A stretch of DNA of 64,000 nucleotides from Eledone cirrhosa. Taxonomy: Eukaryota. The stretch's first letter is position 1; every line of letters starts with the position of its first letter. Shown here one piece after another: positions 29,671 to 42,700 of the stretch. Both the position numbers and the translations under genes were made by a program. The DNA lies in the NCBI GenBank assembly GCA_964016885.1, contig OZ024743.1:97340001-97404000 (forward strand), in the 5' to 3' direction. The notes beneath the pieces were generated by a model that ran no database searches, was not told where the DNA came from, and saw only the letters and a list, made by a program, of their open reading frames with translations.

Positions 29671-30715
29671 CAGAACTGGTTGCAACCACTTCAATACACA
29701 GAGCGCACAGAACTGGTTGCAACCACTTCAATACACAGAGCGGACAGAACTGGTTGCAACCACTTCAATACACAGAGCGCACAGAACTGGTTGCAACCAC
29801 TTCAATACACAGAACGCACAGAACTGGTTGCAACCACTTCAATACACAGAGCGCACAGAACTGGTTGCAACCACTTCAATACACAGAGCGCACAGAACTG
29901 GTTGCAACCACTTCAATACACAGAACGCACAGAACTGGTTGCAACCACTTCAATACACAGAGCGCACAGAATTGGTTGCAACCACTTTAATACACAGAGC
30001 GCACAGAACTGGTTGCAACCACTTCAATACACAGAGCACACAGAACTGGTTGCAACCACTTCAATACACAGAGCGCACAGAACTGGTTGCAACCACTTCA
30101 ATACACAGAACGCACAGAACTGGTTGCAACCACTTCAATACACAGAGCGGACAGAACTGGTTGCAACCACTTCAATACACAGAGCGCACAGAACTGGTTG
30201 CAACCACTTCAATACACAGAACGCACAGAACTGGTTGCAACCACTTCAATACACAGAGCGCACAGAACTGGTTGCAACCACTTTAATACACAGAGCGCAC
30301 AGAACTGGTTGCAACCACTTCAATACACAGAGCGCACAGAACTGGTTGCAACCACTTCAATACACAGAGCGCACAGAACTGGTTGCAACCACTTCAATAC
30401 ACAGAACGCACAGAACTGGTTGCAACCACTTCAATACACAGAGCGGACAGAACTGGTTGCAACCACTTCAATACACAGAGCGCACAGAACTGGTTGCAAC
30501 CACTTCAATACACAGAGCGCACAGAACTGGTTGCAACCACTTCAATACACAGAACGCACAGAACTGGTTGCAACCACTTCAATACACAGAGCGCACAGAA
30601 CTGGTTGCAACCACTTCAATACACAGAGCGCACAGAACTGGTTGCAACCACTTCAATACACAGAACGCACAGAACTGGTTGCAACCACTTCAATACACAG
30701 AGCGCACAGAACTGG
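29671..30715. repeat. 37-bp minisatellite, ~28 copies
   Basis: Unit cagaactggttgcaaccacttcaatacacagagcgca, containing the palindrome tggttgcaacca; no unique spacers. Confidence 0.95.
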
Positions 30716-31991
30716 AAAATATGCCACAAAGCATCCCAACGATGCTTAATTATGTTGCCAATCATCGCCCAATAATGATACTGTATTTATCGACGCCAAA
30801 ATGATGAAAGGTAAAGTTTTCCTCAGCTACATTTGAACACGCAGCGAAGAGTCTGCCATAAATACGAAGACAGTTAAGCCGACGCTCTAACTCTCTCATC
30901 AACAGTTTATCAGTGAACATGTCTACGTATGTAGACGTTTAAGCTCGTGAGCGAAGTTATGCTAGATGCTATTATGTCCTCCTCCTTTCTCTCTCTCGGC
31001 CTCTTTCCCTTTAACTTTCACTTTCTCTTTTTCTCATTCTCTCTATTTTTGTCATTGTCAATTGATTGTCTGTTTTGAGTGAAAGTTTCAAAAATAATGT
31101 AAACTGCTCTAGCAATTCTTATATCTGTTTATATATTTAATTTCTTGAAGATTAGTGTCTTATTGATTGTGGTTTCCCGTAATGATGTTGAGATGTGATG
31201 ATGAAGAACTTCGTGTATAAAGTAGCTCTCAATGCTGGCCTTGTGCCTAAAGTAGAAACAATTATTGTTTATATCTAGATTAATCCTGGTCGAACACACC
31301 TATGATCAAAATGCGTTCCACCCATATAAGGTTTTAAGAGAGTAAGATGTAATTTCAGAGAGATGTGGCTGCTATTTGTAATGTGGTGAGTGACTATGTA
31401 GATGTTCCTACATTGGCTCATTGATTTTGGTAGTTGTAGTTCTGTTTAATTCACCCCAAATCCGACCTAATCGAATTGACATCTGATGAAATATAATCCA
31501 ATTATAAATCTACAACTATAGTTTCATTTTCAGCCATATTGTAGCACTACATTATCCAATATATAACAATTTAAGATGGTAGAGATTGATTCCAATGTGA
31601 TTTGGTTGCTATGTCTAACAGATAAGTTAGCTATTATAACATGCACTTAACGTTGTCTTCATGCAGACGAGTCCCTTGGTATATTTTCAATATATCAGTG
31701 TGTAAGAATGGGTCCGTAGCTGGTGAATTCGTATGGAGTTGTCATGGAATGCGTGATGGGCACTTCAAATAGGTAAACGTAGCGGAAACCATCATTTATC
31801 CATGTCTGAACACAGATGATTTAGTCCAGAGAGAGAGAGTGGGAGAGAGAGATAATAAAGAAGAGAATATTCGACTCGAGTATACGACTGGTACATTTTA
31901 TTATCGACTTCAAACGGACGAAGAGCGAAGTTAACCTAAGTAGCATTTGAATTCAGATAGTATAAAAAGCCGATACTGCTCTACAGCATTC

Positions 31992-34900
31992 GTGTCGGTT
32001 CCTTATGGTATCTCAGTTCAGAGAGTGTCGGTTCCTTACGGTATCTCAGTTCAGAGAGTGTCGGTTCCTTACGGTATCTCAGTTCAGAGAGAGTCGGTTC
32101 CTTACGTTGTCTCAGTTCAGAGAGTGTCGGTTCCTTACGGTATCTCAGTTCAGAGAGTGTCGGCTCTTTACGTTGACTCAGTTCAGAGAGTGTGGGCTCC
32201 TTACGGTATCTCAGTTCAGAGAGTGTCGGCTCCTTACGTTGGCTCAGTTCAGAGAGTGTCGGCTCCTTACGGTATCTCAGTTCAGACAGAGTCGGTTCCT
32301 TACGTTGTCTCAGTTCAGAGAGTGTCGGTTCCTTACGGTATCTCAGTTCAGAGACTGTCGGTTCCTTACGGTATCTCAGTTCAGAGAGTGTCGGCTCTTT
32401 ACGTTGACTCAGTTCAGAGAGTGTCGGTTCCTTACGGTATCTCAGTTCAGAGAGTGTCGGCTCTTTACGTTGTCTCAGTTCAGAGAGTGACGGTTCCTTA
32501 CGGTATCTCAGTTCAGAGAGTGACGGCTCCTTACATTGGCTCAGTTCAGAGAGTGACGGCTCCTTACGTTGGCTCAGTTCAGAGAGTGTCGGCTCCTTAC
32601 GTTGACTCAGTTCAGAGAGTGTCGGCTCCTTACGTTGACTCAGTTCAGAGAGTGTTGGTTCCTTACGGTATCTCAGTTCAGAGAGTGTCGGTTCCTTACG
32701 GTATCTCAGTTCAGAGAGTGTCGGTTCCTTACGTTGTCTCAGTTCAGAGAGTGTCGGCTCCTTACGGTATCTCAGTTCAGAGAGTGTGGGCTCCTTACGG
32801 TATCTCAGTTCAGAGAGTGTCGGTTCCTTACAGTATCTCAGTTCAGAGACTGTCGGTTCCTTACGGTATCTCAGTTCAGAGAGTGTCGGTTCCTTACGGT
32901 ATCTCAGTTCAGAGAGTGTCGGTTCCTTACGTTGTCTCAGTTCAGAGAGAGTCGGTTCCTTACGGTATCTCAGTTCAGAGAGTGTCGGTTCCTTACGGTA
33001 TCTCAGTTCAGAGAGTGTCGGCTCCTTACGGTATCTCAGTTCAGAGAGAGTCGGTTCCTTATGGTATCTCAGTTCAGAGAGTGTCGGTTCCTTACGGTAT
33101 CTCAGTTCAGAGAGTGTCGGTTCCTTACGGTATCTCAGTTCAGAGAGTGTCGGCTCCTTACGGTATCTCAGTTCAGAGAGTGTCGGTTCCTTACGTTGTC
33201 TCAGTTCAGAGAGTGTCGGCTCTTTACGTTGACTCAGTTCAGAGACTGTCGGTTCCTTACGGTATCACAGTTCAGAGAGTGTCGGTTCCTTACGGTATCT
33301 CAGTTCAGAGAGTGTCGGTTCCTTACGGTATCTCAGTTCAGAAAGTGACGGCTCCTTACGTTGACTCAGTTCAAAGAGTGTGGGCTCCTTACGGTATCTC
33401 AGTTCAGAGAGTGTCGGCTCCTTACGTTGACTCAGTTCAGAGAGTGTCGGTTCCTTACGTTGTCTCAGTTCAGAGAGTGTGGGCTCCTTACGTTGTGTCA
33501 GTTCAGAGAGTGTCGGTTCCTTACGGTATCTCAGTTCAGAGAGTGTCGGCTCCTTACGTTGTCTCAGTTCAGAGAGTGTCGGTTCCTTACGTTGACTCAG
33601 TTCAGAGAGTGTCGGCTCCTTACGCTGACTCAGTTCAGAGAGTGTTGGTTCCTTACGGTATCTCAGTTCAGAGAGTGTCGGTTCCTTACGGTATCTCAGT
33701 TCAGAGAGTGTCGGTTACTTACGGTATCTCAGTTCAGAGAGTGTCGGTTCCTTACGTTGTCTCAGTTCAGAGAGTGTCGGCTCTTTACGGTATCTCAGTT
33801 CAGAGAGTGTGGGCTCCTTACGGTATCTCAGTTCAGAGAGTGTCGGTTCCTTACAGTATCTCAGTTCAGAGACTGTCAGTTCCTTACGGTATCTCAGTTC
33901 AGAGAGTGTCGGTTCCTTACGGTATCTCAGTTCAGAGAGTGTCGGTTCCTTACGTTGTCTCAGTTCAGAGAGTGTCGGTTCCTTACGTTGTCTCAGTTCA
34001 GAGAGAGTCGGTTCCTTACGGTATCTCAGTTCAGAGAGTGTCGGTTCCTTACGGTATCTCAGTTAAGAGAGTGTCGGCTCCTTACGGTATCTCAGTTCAG
34101 AGAGAGTCGGTTCCTTACGGTATCTCAGTTCAGAGAGTGTCGGTTCCTTACGGTATCTCAGTTCAGAGAGTGTCGGTTCCTTACGGTATCTCAGTTCAGA
34201 GAGTGTCGGTTCCTTACGGTATCTCAGTTCAGAGAGAGTCGGTTCCTTACGGTATCTCAGTTCAGAGAGTGTCGGTTCCTTACGGTATCTCAGTTCAGAG
34301 AGTCGGTTCCTTACGGTATCTCAGTTCAGAAAGTGTCGGTTCCTTACGGTATCTCAGTTCAGAGAGTGTCGGCTCCTTACGGTATCTCAGTTCAGAGAGA
34401 GTCGGTTCCTTACGGTATCTCAGTTCAGAGAGTGTCGGTTCCTTACGGTATCTCAGTTCAGAGAGTGTCGGTTCCTTACGGTATCTCAGTTCAGAGAGTG
34501 TCGGTTCCTTACGTTGTCTCAGTTCAGAGAGAGTCGGTTCCTTACGGTATCTCAGTTCAGAGAGTGTCGGTTCCTTACGGTATCTCAGTTCAGAGAGTGT
34601 CGGTTCCTTACGGTATCTCAGTTCAGAGAGTGTCGGTTCCTTACGTTGTCTCAGTTCAGAGAGTGTCGGTTCCTTACGTTGTCTCAGTTCAGAGAGAGTC
34701 GGTTCCTTACGGTATCTCAGTTCAGAGAGTGTCGGTTCCTTACGGTATCTCAGTTCAGAGAGTGTCGGCTCCTTACGGTATCTCAGTTCAGAGAGAGTCG
34801 GTTCCTTACGGTATCTCAGTTCAGAGAGTGTCGGTTCCTTACGGTATCTCAGTTCAGAGAGTGTCGGCTCCTTACGGTATCTCAGTTCAGAGAGTGTCGG

Positions 34901-35497
34901 TTCCTTACGTTGTCTCAGTTCAGAGAGTGTCGGCTCTTTACGTTGACTCAGTTCAGAGACTGTCAGTTCCTTACGGTATCACAGTTCAGAGAGTGTCGGT
35001 TCCTTACGGTATCTCAGTTCAGAGAGTGTCGGTTCCTTACGGTATCTCAGTTCAGAGAGTGTCGGTTCCTTACGGTATCTCAGTTCAGAGAGTGTCGGTT
35101 CCTTACGGTATCTCAGTTCAGAAAGTGACGGCTCCTTACGTTGACTCAGTTCAGAGAGTGTGGGCTCCTTACGGTATCTCAGTTCAGAGAGTGTCGGCTC
35201 CTTACGTTGACTCAGTTCAGAGAGTGTCGGTTCCTTACGTTGTCTCAGTTCAGAGAGTGTGGGCTCCTTACGTTGTCTCAGTTCAGAGAGTGTCGGTTCC
35301 TTACGTTGTCTCAGTTCAGAGAGTGTCGGCTCCTTACGTTGACTCAGTTCAGAGAGTGTCGTCTCCTTACGGTATCTCAGTTCAGAGAGTGTCGGCTCCT
35401 TACGTTGTCTCAGTTCAGAGAGTGTCGGTTCCTTACGTTGACTCAGTTCAGAGAGTGTCGGCTCCTTACGTTGACTCAGTTCAGAGAGTGTCGGTTC
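31992..35497. repeat. 33-bp minisatellite, ~106 copies with variant units
   Basis: Unit gtgtcggttccttacggtatctcagttcagaga, with variants (gctcc, gttgtc, gttgac). Confidence 0.95.
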
Positions 35498-36090
35498 ATC
35501 ACGTTCCAGAGTCTAACCACGCTGACAATTCGTCATCGTCTCAAATATGTTAGTAACAAACATAAGTTTCACACTCTAGTTTCTTCTCAATATAATGTGT
35601 TGAGATTACCGGATCTACAATATTTCTGTATTAAGATTTATCAGGTCTTAGTATTATATTTCAGCTTACTTTTCTACGTCTATCTAGATTAGCTTAAATA
35701 TTGAATATTAAGTGAAAATAGAGAAAACATAGCCATGCAAATCTTATTGGTCTTAATTCTTCGTAACACTTTTTCTAATCGTTAAATCTGTCTCGACTAA
35801 TCAAAGTAGGCTTGGGAAGATTATGCTTCTCTGGTGAAGTTTTAGCAAGAGGGAATCATTTCTGGGACTGTTAGTCAAAGGCTAAAAAAACGTCAGGTTT
35901 TTATCACCACGCATGAAAATAGGATTTCCTTTAGAGCCATTCACAATCGTGATTATGGTTTTGTTTTTCTTCAACAAAGAGGGAAATTCCAATTCAATGA
36001 GAACGTATAAAGTAGAAAATATAGCCAAACAACAAATATATATATACATAACTATACGTGCATACATATCTGTTCATACGTGGGTGGGCG

Positions 36091-36117
<27 letters not shown>

Positions 36118-36124
<7 letters not shown>

Positions 36125-36445
36125 GGGAAGTAAAGTTCTATACAAAACAGTGGATATAGAGAAAAGGTGAAGTTGGAAATAGCACGGAAAATATATTTAA
36201 GAGTCTGTTTTTCGTTTTTAACCTTTCTTTGATTCGTCAAAAAGACATTATTGAGAAGATAGCATTATTGAAAAAATGAGATGGACAATTCTTTTATAAA
36301 ACACATTTTATAATGTATATAAAGTATTACCGGTTTCGATGTATTATTAAAATTCATCTTATCAAATGTTGAGTGTAAAAAATTAAAAAGAATTAATAGG
36401 AGTTAAAAACTAAAAATTAAAGATTTAAAATTAAAATCAAATATC
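36118..36445 (-). mobile_element. PLE-like 3' end abutting (TA)n
   Basis: Contains a hammerhead at 36324-36369 (-) and runs into the (TA)n at 36092-36117. Confidence 0.5.
36324..36369 (-). ncRNA. Minimal hammerhead with U3-A8 covariation
   Basis: acAT-TTGATAA-GATG (13 nt) CATC-GAAA-CCGG-TA-ATac. Palindromic stem III; stem I weak. Confidence 0.6.
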
Positions 36446-36493
36446 GTTTTGAGGGCCTGCTCTTGCGCAGCTATCAGCATTCCTTTTGTAGCC

Positions 36494-36550
<57 letters not shown>

Positions 36551-36551
<1 letters not shown>

Positions 36552-37103
36552 AGTTGCATTTATCTTGCTTTATGTTCATACGAGTTATCACCAAGTCACA
36601 ACCAGTGACCTCAAGAGATAACAAGGTCCGCCATGTTCAAGAAAGAACATACATACATGCATCTTTAGTGTTTAGACTTGTGATGTACTTATATTGACAG
36701 AATCATCCTTAGTATATGGGCATTTCCCATTAGTACTATCTTTTGTATTTCTCCTATACGCGGTTTTCCTGGGATTTGCGATAAGTAATCATTAGACCCC
36801 TTAGGTATCATTCCCAGAGCGCCTACAACCACTGGTATTGTTTTAGTTCTCAATTTCCACATTTTTCCAATTTCTATCTCCAGGTCCTTATACTTGCTCA
36901 ATTTTTCAAATGTTTTTATAGATACATTCTTGTCTATTGGAACAGACATATCAATTAGCAGGCATACCCTCTTTTTAAAGTCTTTCAATATTATATCAGG
37001 TCTGTTTGCATCTATTTTTCGGTCTGTTTGGATGCTAAAGTTCCACAAGATTGAGATGTGATCTTTTTCAAGTATGGGAGGTGGTTGATGCTCCCACCAA
37101 TTC

Positions 37104-37106
<3 letters not shown>
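36551..37106 (-). mobile_element. 5'-truncated R4/Dong-like LINE (RLE domain + 3' UTR) between (TTA)n tracts
   Basis: ORF 36689-37048 WNFSIQTDRKIDANRPDIIL...LIDMSVP...EKLSKYKDL...IPVVVGALG. Nearly identical to 43151-43713. Confidence 0.9.
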
Positions 37107-37154
<48 letters not shown>

Positions 37155-37173
37155 TTATTATTATTATTATTAT

Positions 37174-37334
37174 TCTTTGAGTCTCAGTCATTGATGTTAG
37201 TTAACTGGAAAGTTTGTTGAAATGAATATCAAGCCACTACCTGCAGCCTCAGATATTCAGGACGTATCGGAGGGTTTTTGCTGTTCCCAGCAAGCATGCC
37301 TTTTGAAGCGTTCCAAAAGGCGTGAAGGGGCCAA

Positions 37335-37394
<60 letters not shown>

Positions 37395-37942
37395 TTTGAG
37401 TGTCAGTCATTGATGTTATTTAACTGGAAAGTTTGTTGAAATGAATATCAAGCCGCTACCTACATAAGCCAAAGTCGGTGATAGAACACGATCAGGTGAA
37501 GGTGCTGTGGGATTTAGGATACAGACGGACAAGAAACTGGAATACAATAGACCTGACCTGGTGGTTTTGGACAAGGAAAAAAGATCGTGCCTGATTGTAG
37601 ATGTGGCCTGCCCATTCGACACGATAGTGCAAGAGAAGGAGAGGGAGAAAATTAACCGATACCAGGACTTAAAGTGGGAGGTAAAAAGGATTTGGAACTG
37701 CCATGAAGTAAAAGTGGTCCCGATTGTCATAGGCGCACTAGGTACTATCTCAAAGAGTTTCCAGGGATGGTTAAAGAAAATTGGCCCCACCACGCTTTTT
37801 GGAACGCTTCAGAAGGCATGTTTGCTGGAAACAGCAAAAACACTCCGATACGTCCTGAATATCTGAGGCTGCAGGTAGTGGCTTGATATTCATTTCAACA
37901 AACTTTCCAGTTAACCAACATCAATGACTGAGGCTCAAAGAA
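37174..37942. mobile_element. Second R4/Dong-like family: inverted 3'-end copies (37174-37338, 37393-37462) and a + strand RLE fragment (37463-37942)
   Basis: IQTDKKLEYNRPDLVVLDK...IVDVACPFD...EKINRYQDL...PIVIGALG; all pieces abut (TAA)n/(TTA)n. Confidence 0.85.
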
Positions 37943-37952
37943 CAATAATAAT

Positions 37953-38288
37953 AATAATTGTTTCTACTTTAGCCACAAGGCCAGCAATTACCCAGTGCAT
38001 TACTGGTACTTTATAATAATAATAATAATTGTTTCTACTTTAGGCACAAGGCCAGCAATTACCCAGTGCATTACTGGTACTTTATGATAATAATAATAAT
38101 TGTTTCTACTTTAGGCACAAGGCCAGCACATTCACCAGTGCATTACTGGTACTTTATTTTATCGACCCCGTAAGGATGAAAGGCAAAGTCAACCTCGGCG
38201 GGATTTGAACTCAGATCGTAAAGGGACGTAACTATGCTGGAAAGCATGGCGTCCGACCCTCTACCGATACTGCCAATCCACCGCCCTT
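37953..38288 (-). mobile_element. SINE family 2 full copy with triplicated ~70-bp tail
   Basis: aataattgtttctacttt..cacaaggccagca...gtgcattactggtacttta occurs three times in tandem. Confidence 0.85.
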
Positions 38289-38289
38289 A

Positions 38290-39022
38290 TAATAATAATA
38301 ATAATGATTTCATTTATTAGCCACAAGGCCCGACATGTAGGGGAAAATACAAAGACAGGGACAGTGGGGATTTACAATAAGGTCGAGTAAAAGTGCACAA
38401 TGGCAAGACTAATTTTACAATGAAAATATAAAAATATAAAATAAACTATGCATAAATACAACAAAATAAATTCCTGAACCACCCTGCGCTTCTAGGGCAC
38501 CCAGGGAGAGCACCTCTCTCCTCAAGTTAGCTAGCCTATAGGCGCATGGTCAGATTAGGCCCATTCACACGAGCCATTCTCGCCACATTCACCCACCTTT
38601 TATAAATGTACTGGAGAGGCAGCACTTCTTTCTCCACCCTCACCTTCCTTTCCAGGTGAAACTTGAACAAGTTGATGAGGGTTTGGCCGAAGAGAAAAGT
38701 GTCTGTCTTCAGTCCTTTTAATATGGTCCACCATATAACCTCTTTCGCAACTGCCACCAGACAGAGGAAAATTTCCTGTACTTCCTGACCTAAGGAAGGT
38801 GGTGGATCGATCTTCACTATGGACTCGGCCGATAGCCGGATCCGTTCCACACGTGTCAGTAGCTGTTCGACATAACTCCACAAGTCAGTAATGCACGGAC
38901 ATTGGACAAGTGCGTGCAGAACGGTTTCGTCGTTCTGTGCGCATCTTGGGCAGGTCCGTCTGACAGCACTTCCGTGCCTGTAGAGTTTATCCCGAACCGG
39001 CAGTGCCCCCCGGTAGCACTGC
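38290..39022 (-). mobile_element. 3' end of a Tx1/L1-clade LINE (zf-RVT zinc finger + 3' UTR + (ATT)n)
   Basis: RGALPVRDKL...CPRCAQNDETVLHALVQCP...W is the CX2C-X8-H-X4-C finger of L1/Tx1 ORF2. Confidence 0.8.
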
Positions 39023-39763
39023 AATAATAATAACAAACTAGATACACCACCTATCCCATCACCCCTCTGTGTACACTAAATACAACAGCCAGATAACGGC
39101 AATTTCACCACTACCACCAATCCCAGCATAATAATAATTGTTTCTACCTTTGGCACAAGGCCAGCAAATCCTTATTGTATTACTGGTACTTTATTTTATC
39201 GACCCCGTAAGGATCCCAACATAATAATAATAATTACTATTATTGTATCTCAAGTTTTCTCAGAATGTTTAATTCAAATATTAAGGAAATATGTCATCAC
39301 ATATATTAAACATACGCGACAAACCGCATAGATATACAGATCAAACAAACGCATCCTACTACATTCTATTCAACAGAACACAGTAACGACAACGCCATCA
39401 CTATAGTCACCGCCGCCACCACTCCTTCATTGCTACCACCACTATTCCCCCATTTCCTTCTGTTAACTTAAGAAAGCGAAAGGTGGCGGTATCACTAGAC
39501 AAGGGAGCGGCTAGCAAAAGATATAAATAGATTGACTTAGTGACTCGGTCAAATGTCAACGACTATGGCACTGCTGTCTCCCCCCTTCCCCACCAACAAT
39601 AGAAAAAGCCCCAGCAGCACCACCGACATAGCCAATAACAATAACAGGCAACTTCAACAAAAAGTATATTATATTATTAATAATAATTTCATTCTTAAGC
39701 CACGCAATGCTCACATTAAGGAACCACTCATGATAATAACAATTTAAAAAAACAACAAAAAAG

Positions 39764-42700
39764 AAAACCCCGTGACCAAGAAATACCGGGATGGCGGCCG
39801 GCGGGGAATAGCCGTGTCTCTAGGGGAGGACGACCCCTCTAGTCTTGGTTGACACTCGTCCTAGAAGTGGTAACACGAAATGATTACCCCTTGGCGGTTA
39901 AGGATAAAACGCGACAAAATAAAATAAATGTCAAATGATAAAATCTCATACCGGATCGGCCGTCACCCGGGTCAAAGGGGGCTGCGTCCCTCAGAGAGGA
40001 ACCAGACTGGGGTCGAAAAATCAGCTAATGGTTCAAACCTTCCCATCACTTCGGAGCTGGAGACCTCCCATAACCGGAATACTCCTACTGTTGGCCCTCC
40101 ATGCTCACCACCAAGAAATCCAAAGAAAAAGAGAGAAAATGGTCAAGGGAAGATAATAAAGAAGTCCTTGAGGCCTTCTACACTGCTATGTACTACCTAC
40201 CCATCAAATAGATCGAATACATAACAGACATATATCAACTGGAAAAAGAAACATCCCGAAAACAGAGGCTATATTGACAGTAACAAACTAACCAATATAC
40301 GAAGAAATATTGTTAAAAAAAAGTTACTAACTGATATAGAAATTGATCAGATCAAGCTATCAGCACAAAGTCAGCGAAGGGAAAATGAAACATGTGTCAG
40401 TGAAAAAGAGGTAAATTGTAACACTTCAAAACCCAGGGTTGGGGCGGAATCACTGACAACAGAACAAATTAAAGAAAGGATCGAAAAAGTGGAGGGAGTG
40501 CATGCTCAAGATGAAACTCAAAATAAAAACGATGAGATCGTAAAGGATAAAGAAATGAATGAGAATGAACTTGCCAACTTGAAGGATGAAATTATGATCG
40601 AATGGATGAAAATGAAAGAATCTGACACGGGGGAACGAGACACCCTCCCTAAGATCCAGAACTCCAAACAGAACCAAAATATAATACACAAGACTAACAT
40701 AATTCTCAAAAATATTATCATCACAAACAAACTAAACATTACTGATTTAAATCATCTCTATTATGCATCGGCTAAAGTCACCACTCACTTATGTGGAGTG
40801 AAAATTAAAAAACAAAGCAATTCCCACAAGAAATCTACTTGGCAAGAGAACATCAATCGCCAAATAAACCTTTTCCGATCTGACATAGAAATTTTAACAA
40901 ACTACAAAATAGGTGAACATGTTAAACAAATTAAACTTAGAAAATTGAAAAAAAAATTACAGTATAAAATCAACAAGTGACATTGACATGCTGATAGAAA
41001 TAATCAAGCAAAAAGTGTCGGCCAAAGCTGCTCGTATAAGGCGCTTTGAAAAACGATCTAGATTCTATAAGGACAATAATATGTTAAAAAACCACCAAAG
41101 AAACTTCTAAAGAAAAATTGGCAAGTCAACAATAACTGCTAAAGCAATACCACCCAAGGAGGAAGTGCAAGAATTCTGGGAAAAGATTTGGGCCGAAGAT
41201 AAAGTTCATAATATACATGCCGCATGGATAGACAGACAAATGAAATATACAGCTCACCTTGAGGAACAAATATGGGAAAATATAACAGTTGAACAGTTGC
41301 GTTTGGCTCTTAGAAAAACCAGCAAATGGAAATCCCCAGGAAAAGACAAAATACCAACTTTTTGGATAAATTCCTTCACAGAGTCTCATGAGCTGTTAGC
41401 CCAACTTTACAATGAAATAGTTAAGGAGCCAGAAAAGATACCATCATGGCTAGTTAACGACATTACATTCCTGCTTCCGAAGAATGATGAAACAAACAAT
41501 CCCAAAAATTACGAACCGATAACTTGCTTGACCACAATGTATAAAATGTTGACATCAGTCCTAACTGAATATACATATGACCACCTGATAACAAATGACC
41601 TATTTCCCATTGAGCAGAAAGGGTGTAAACGAGGCTCATATCGCTGTAAGGATCAGTTTTTGGTTAACAAAATGATACTGAAAGATTGTCATAATAGACA
41701 CAAAAATCTATCAATTGCTTGGATAGATTATAAAAAAGCATTCGATAGTTTGCCACACAGTTGGATTGAAAAATGTTTAGAGATTTTCAAAATATCTTCC
41801 GTTGTCAGGAGGTTCCTGTCATTCAGTATTAAGACATGGAAAACGACACTCCTTTTGAATAGTGAAAAAAAATCACTGGAAGCTGGAAAAGTTAATATTA
41901 ATTGTGGAATTTTTAAGGGTGACTTTTATTCTGCATCGCACTTTTACCATTAAGTAAAATGCTCAATGAAACAAAATATGGATATAAAGTCCATGACAAA
42001 ACCATTAATCACTTGTTCTACATGGATGACCTGAAACTATTTGCAAAAAATGATGAACAATTGCAAGGACTATTATCCACTGTGGCGCAGTTCAGTGATG
42101 ACATTAAAATGGAGTTTGGACTAGATAAATGCGCCAAAGCAACGTTCACATGAGGAAAGCTGCTGAAAAGTTCAGACATTAATCTTGATCGGGGAAATGT
42201 GATAAGAGAACTTGATCAAGAGGAAACTTACAAATATCTAGGTGTTTGTGAATGAGACGGCATCAAGCACTCGACAATGAGGGAAAGGAAAAGGAAGGAA
42301 TGTGACCGCAGAGTAAGAGCAATCTTAAGAACGGAATTGAATGCAAGGAATAGGATCGATGCCATAAACACGCTTGCCATACCAGTAGTAACCTACAGTT
42401 ACAATGTCATCAACTGGTCAAGCACAGAGATCTGTAGGCTCGATACAAAAATTCGAAAATTCTTAACCATGCACAGAATGCATCACCCTAAGGCAGATAC
42501 AGATAGAATATATCTCACTAGGAAAGAAGGAGGACGTGGGTTAATCCAGTTAGATATTGCGTTGAAAACTGCAACAATTGGATTATCTACATATCTAAGG
42601 GAATCACATGATTGGTTGATCAAACTCGTTTTGAAACACGAAAGCATCAAAAGATCATACTCCATTACAAAAGATGCACAAAGATACAATAATGGACTAC

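Noticed and set aside
29671-30715. CRISPR-like 37-bp repeat with internal palindrome
   Set aside because: Units are directly adjacent with no unique spacers; no cas genes; eukaryotic context.
31947-35692. 999-aa, 730-aa and other ORFs as repeat proteins
   Set aside because: Products of a stop-free 33-bp unit open in several frames; a 4-bp slip at ~34300 switches frame; the flanks are SINE sequence.
39764-39930. HDV-like ribozyme in the R4/Dong 5' UTR
   Set aside because: Hairpins are present (aggacga/tcgtcct) but I could not assemble the HDV topology by eye.
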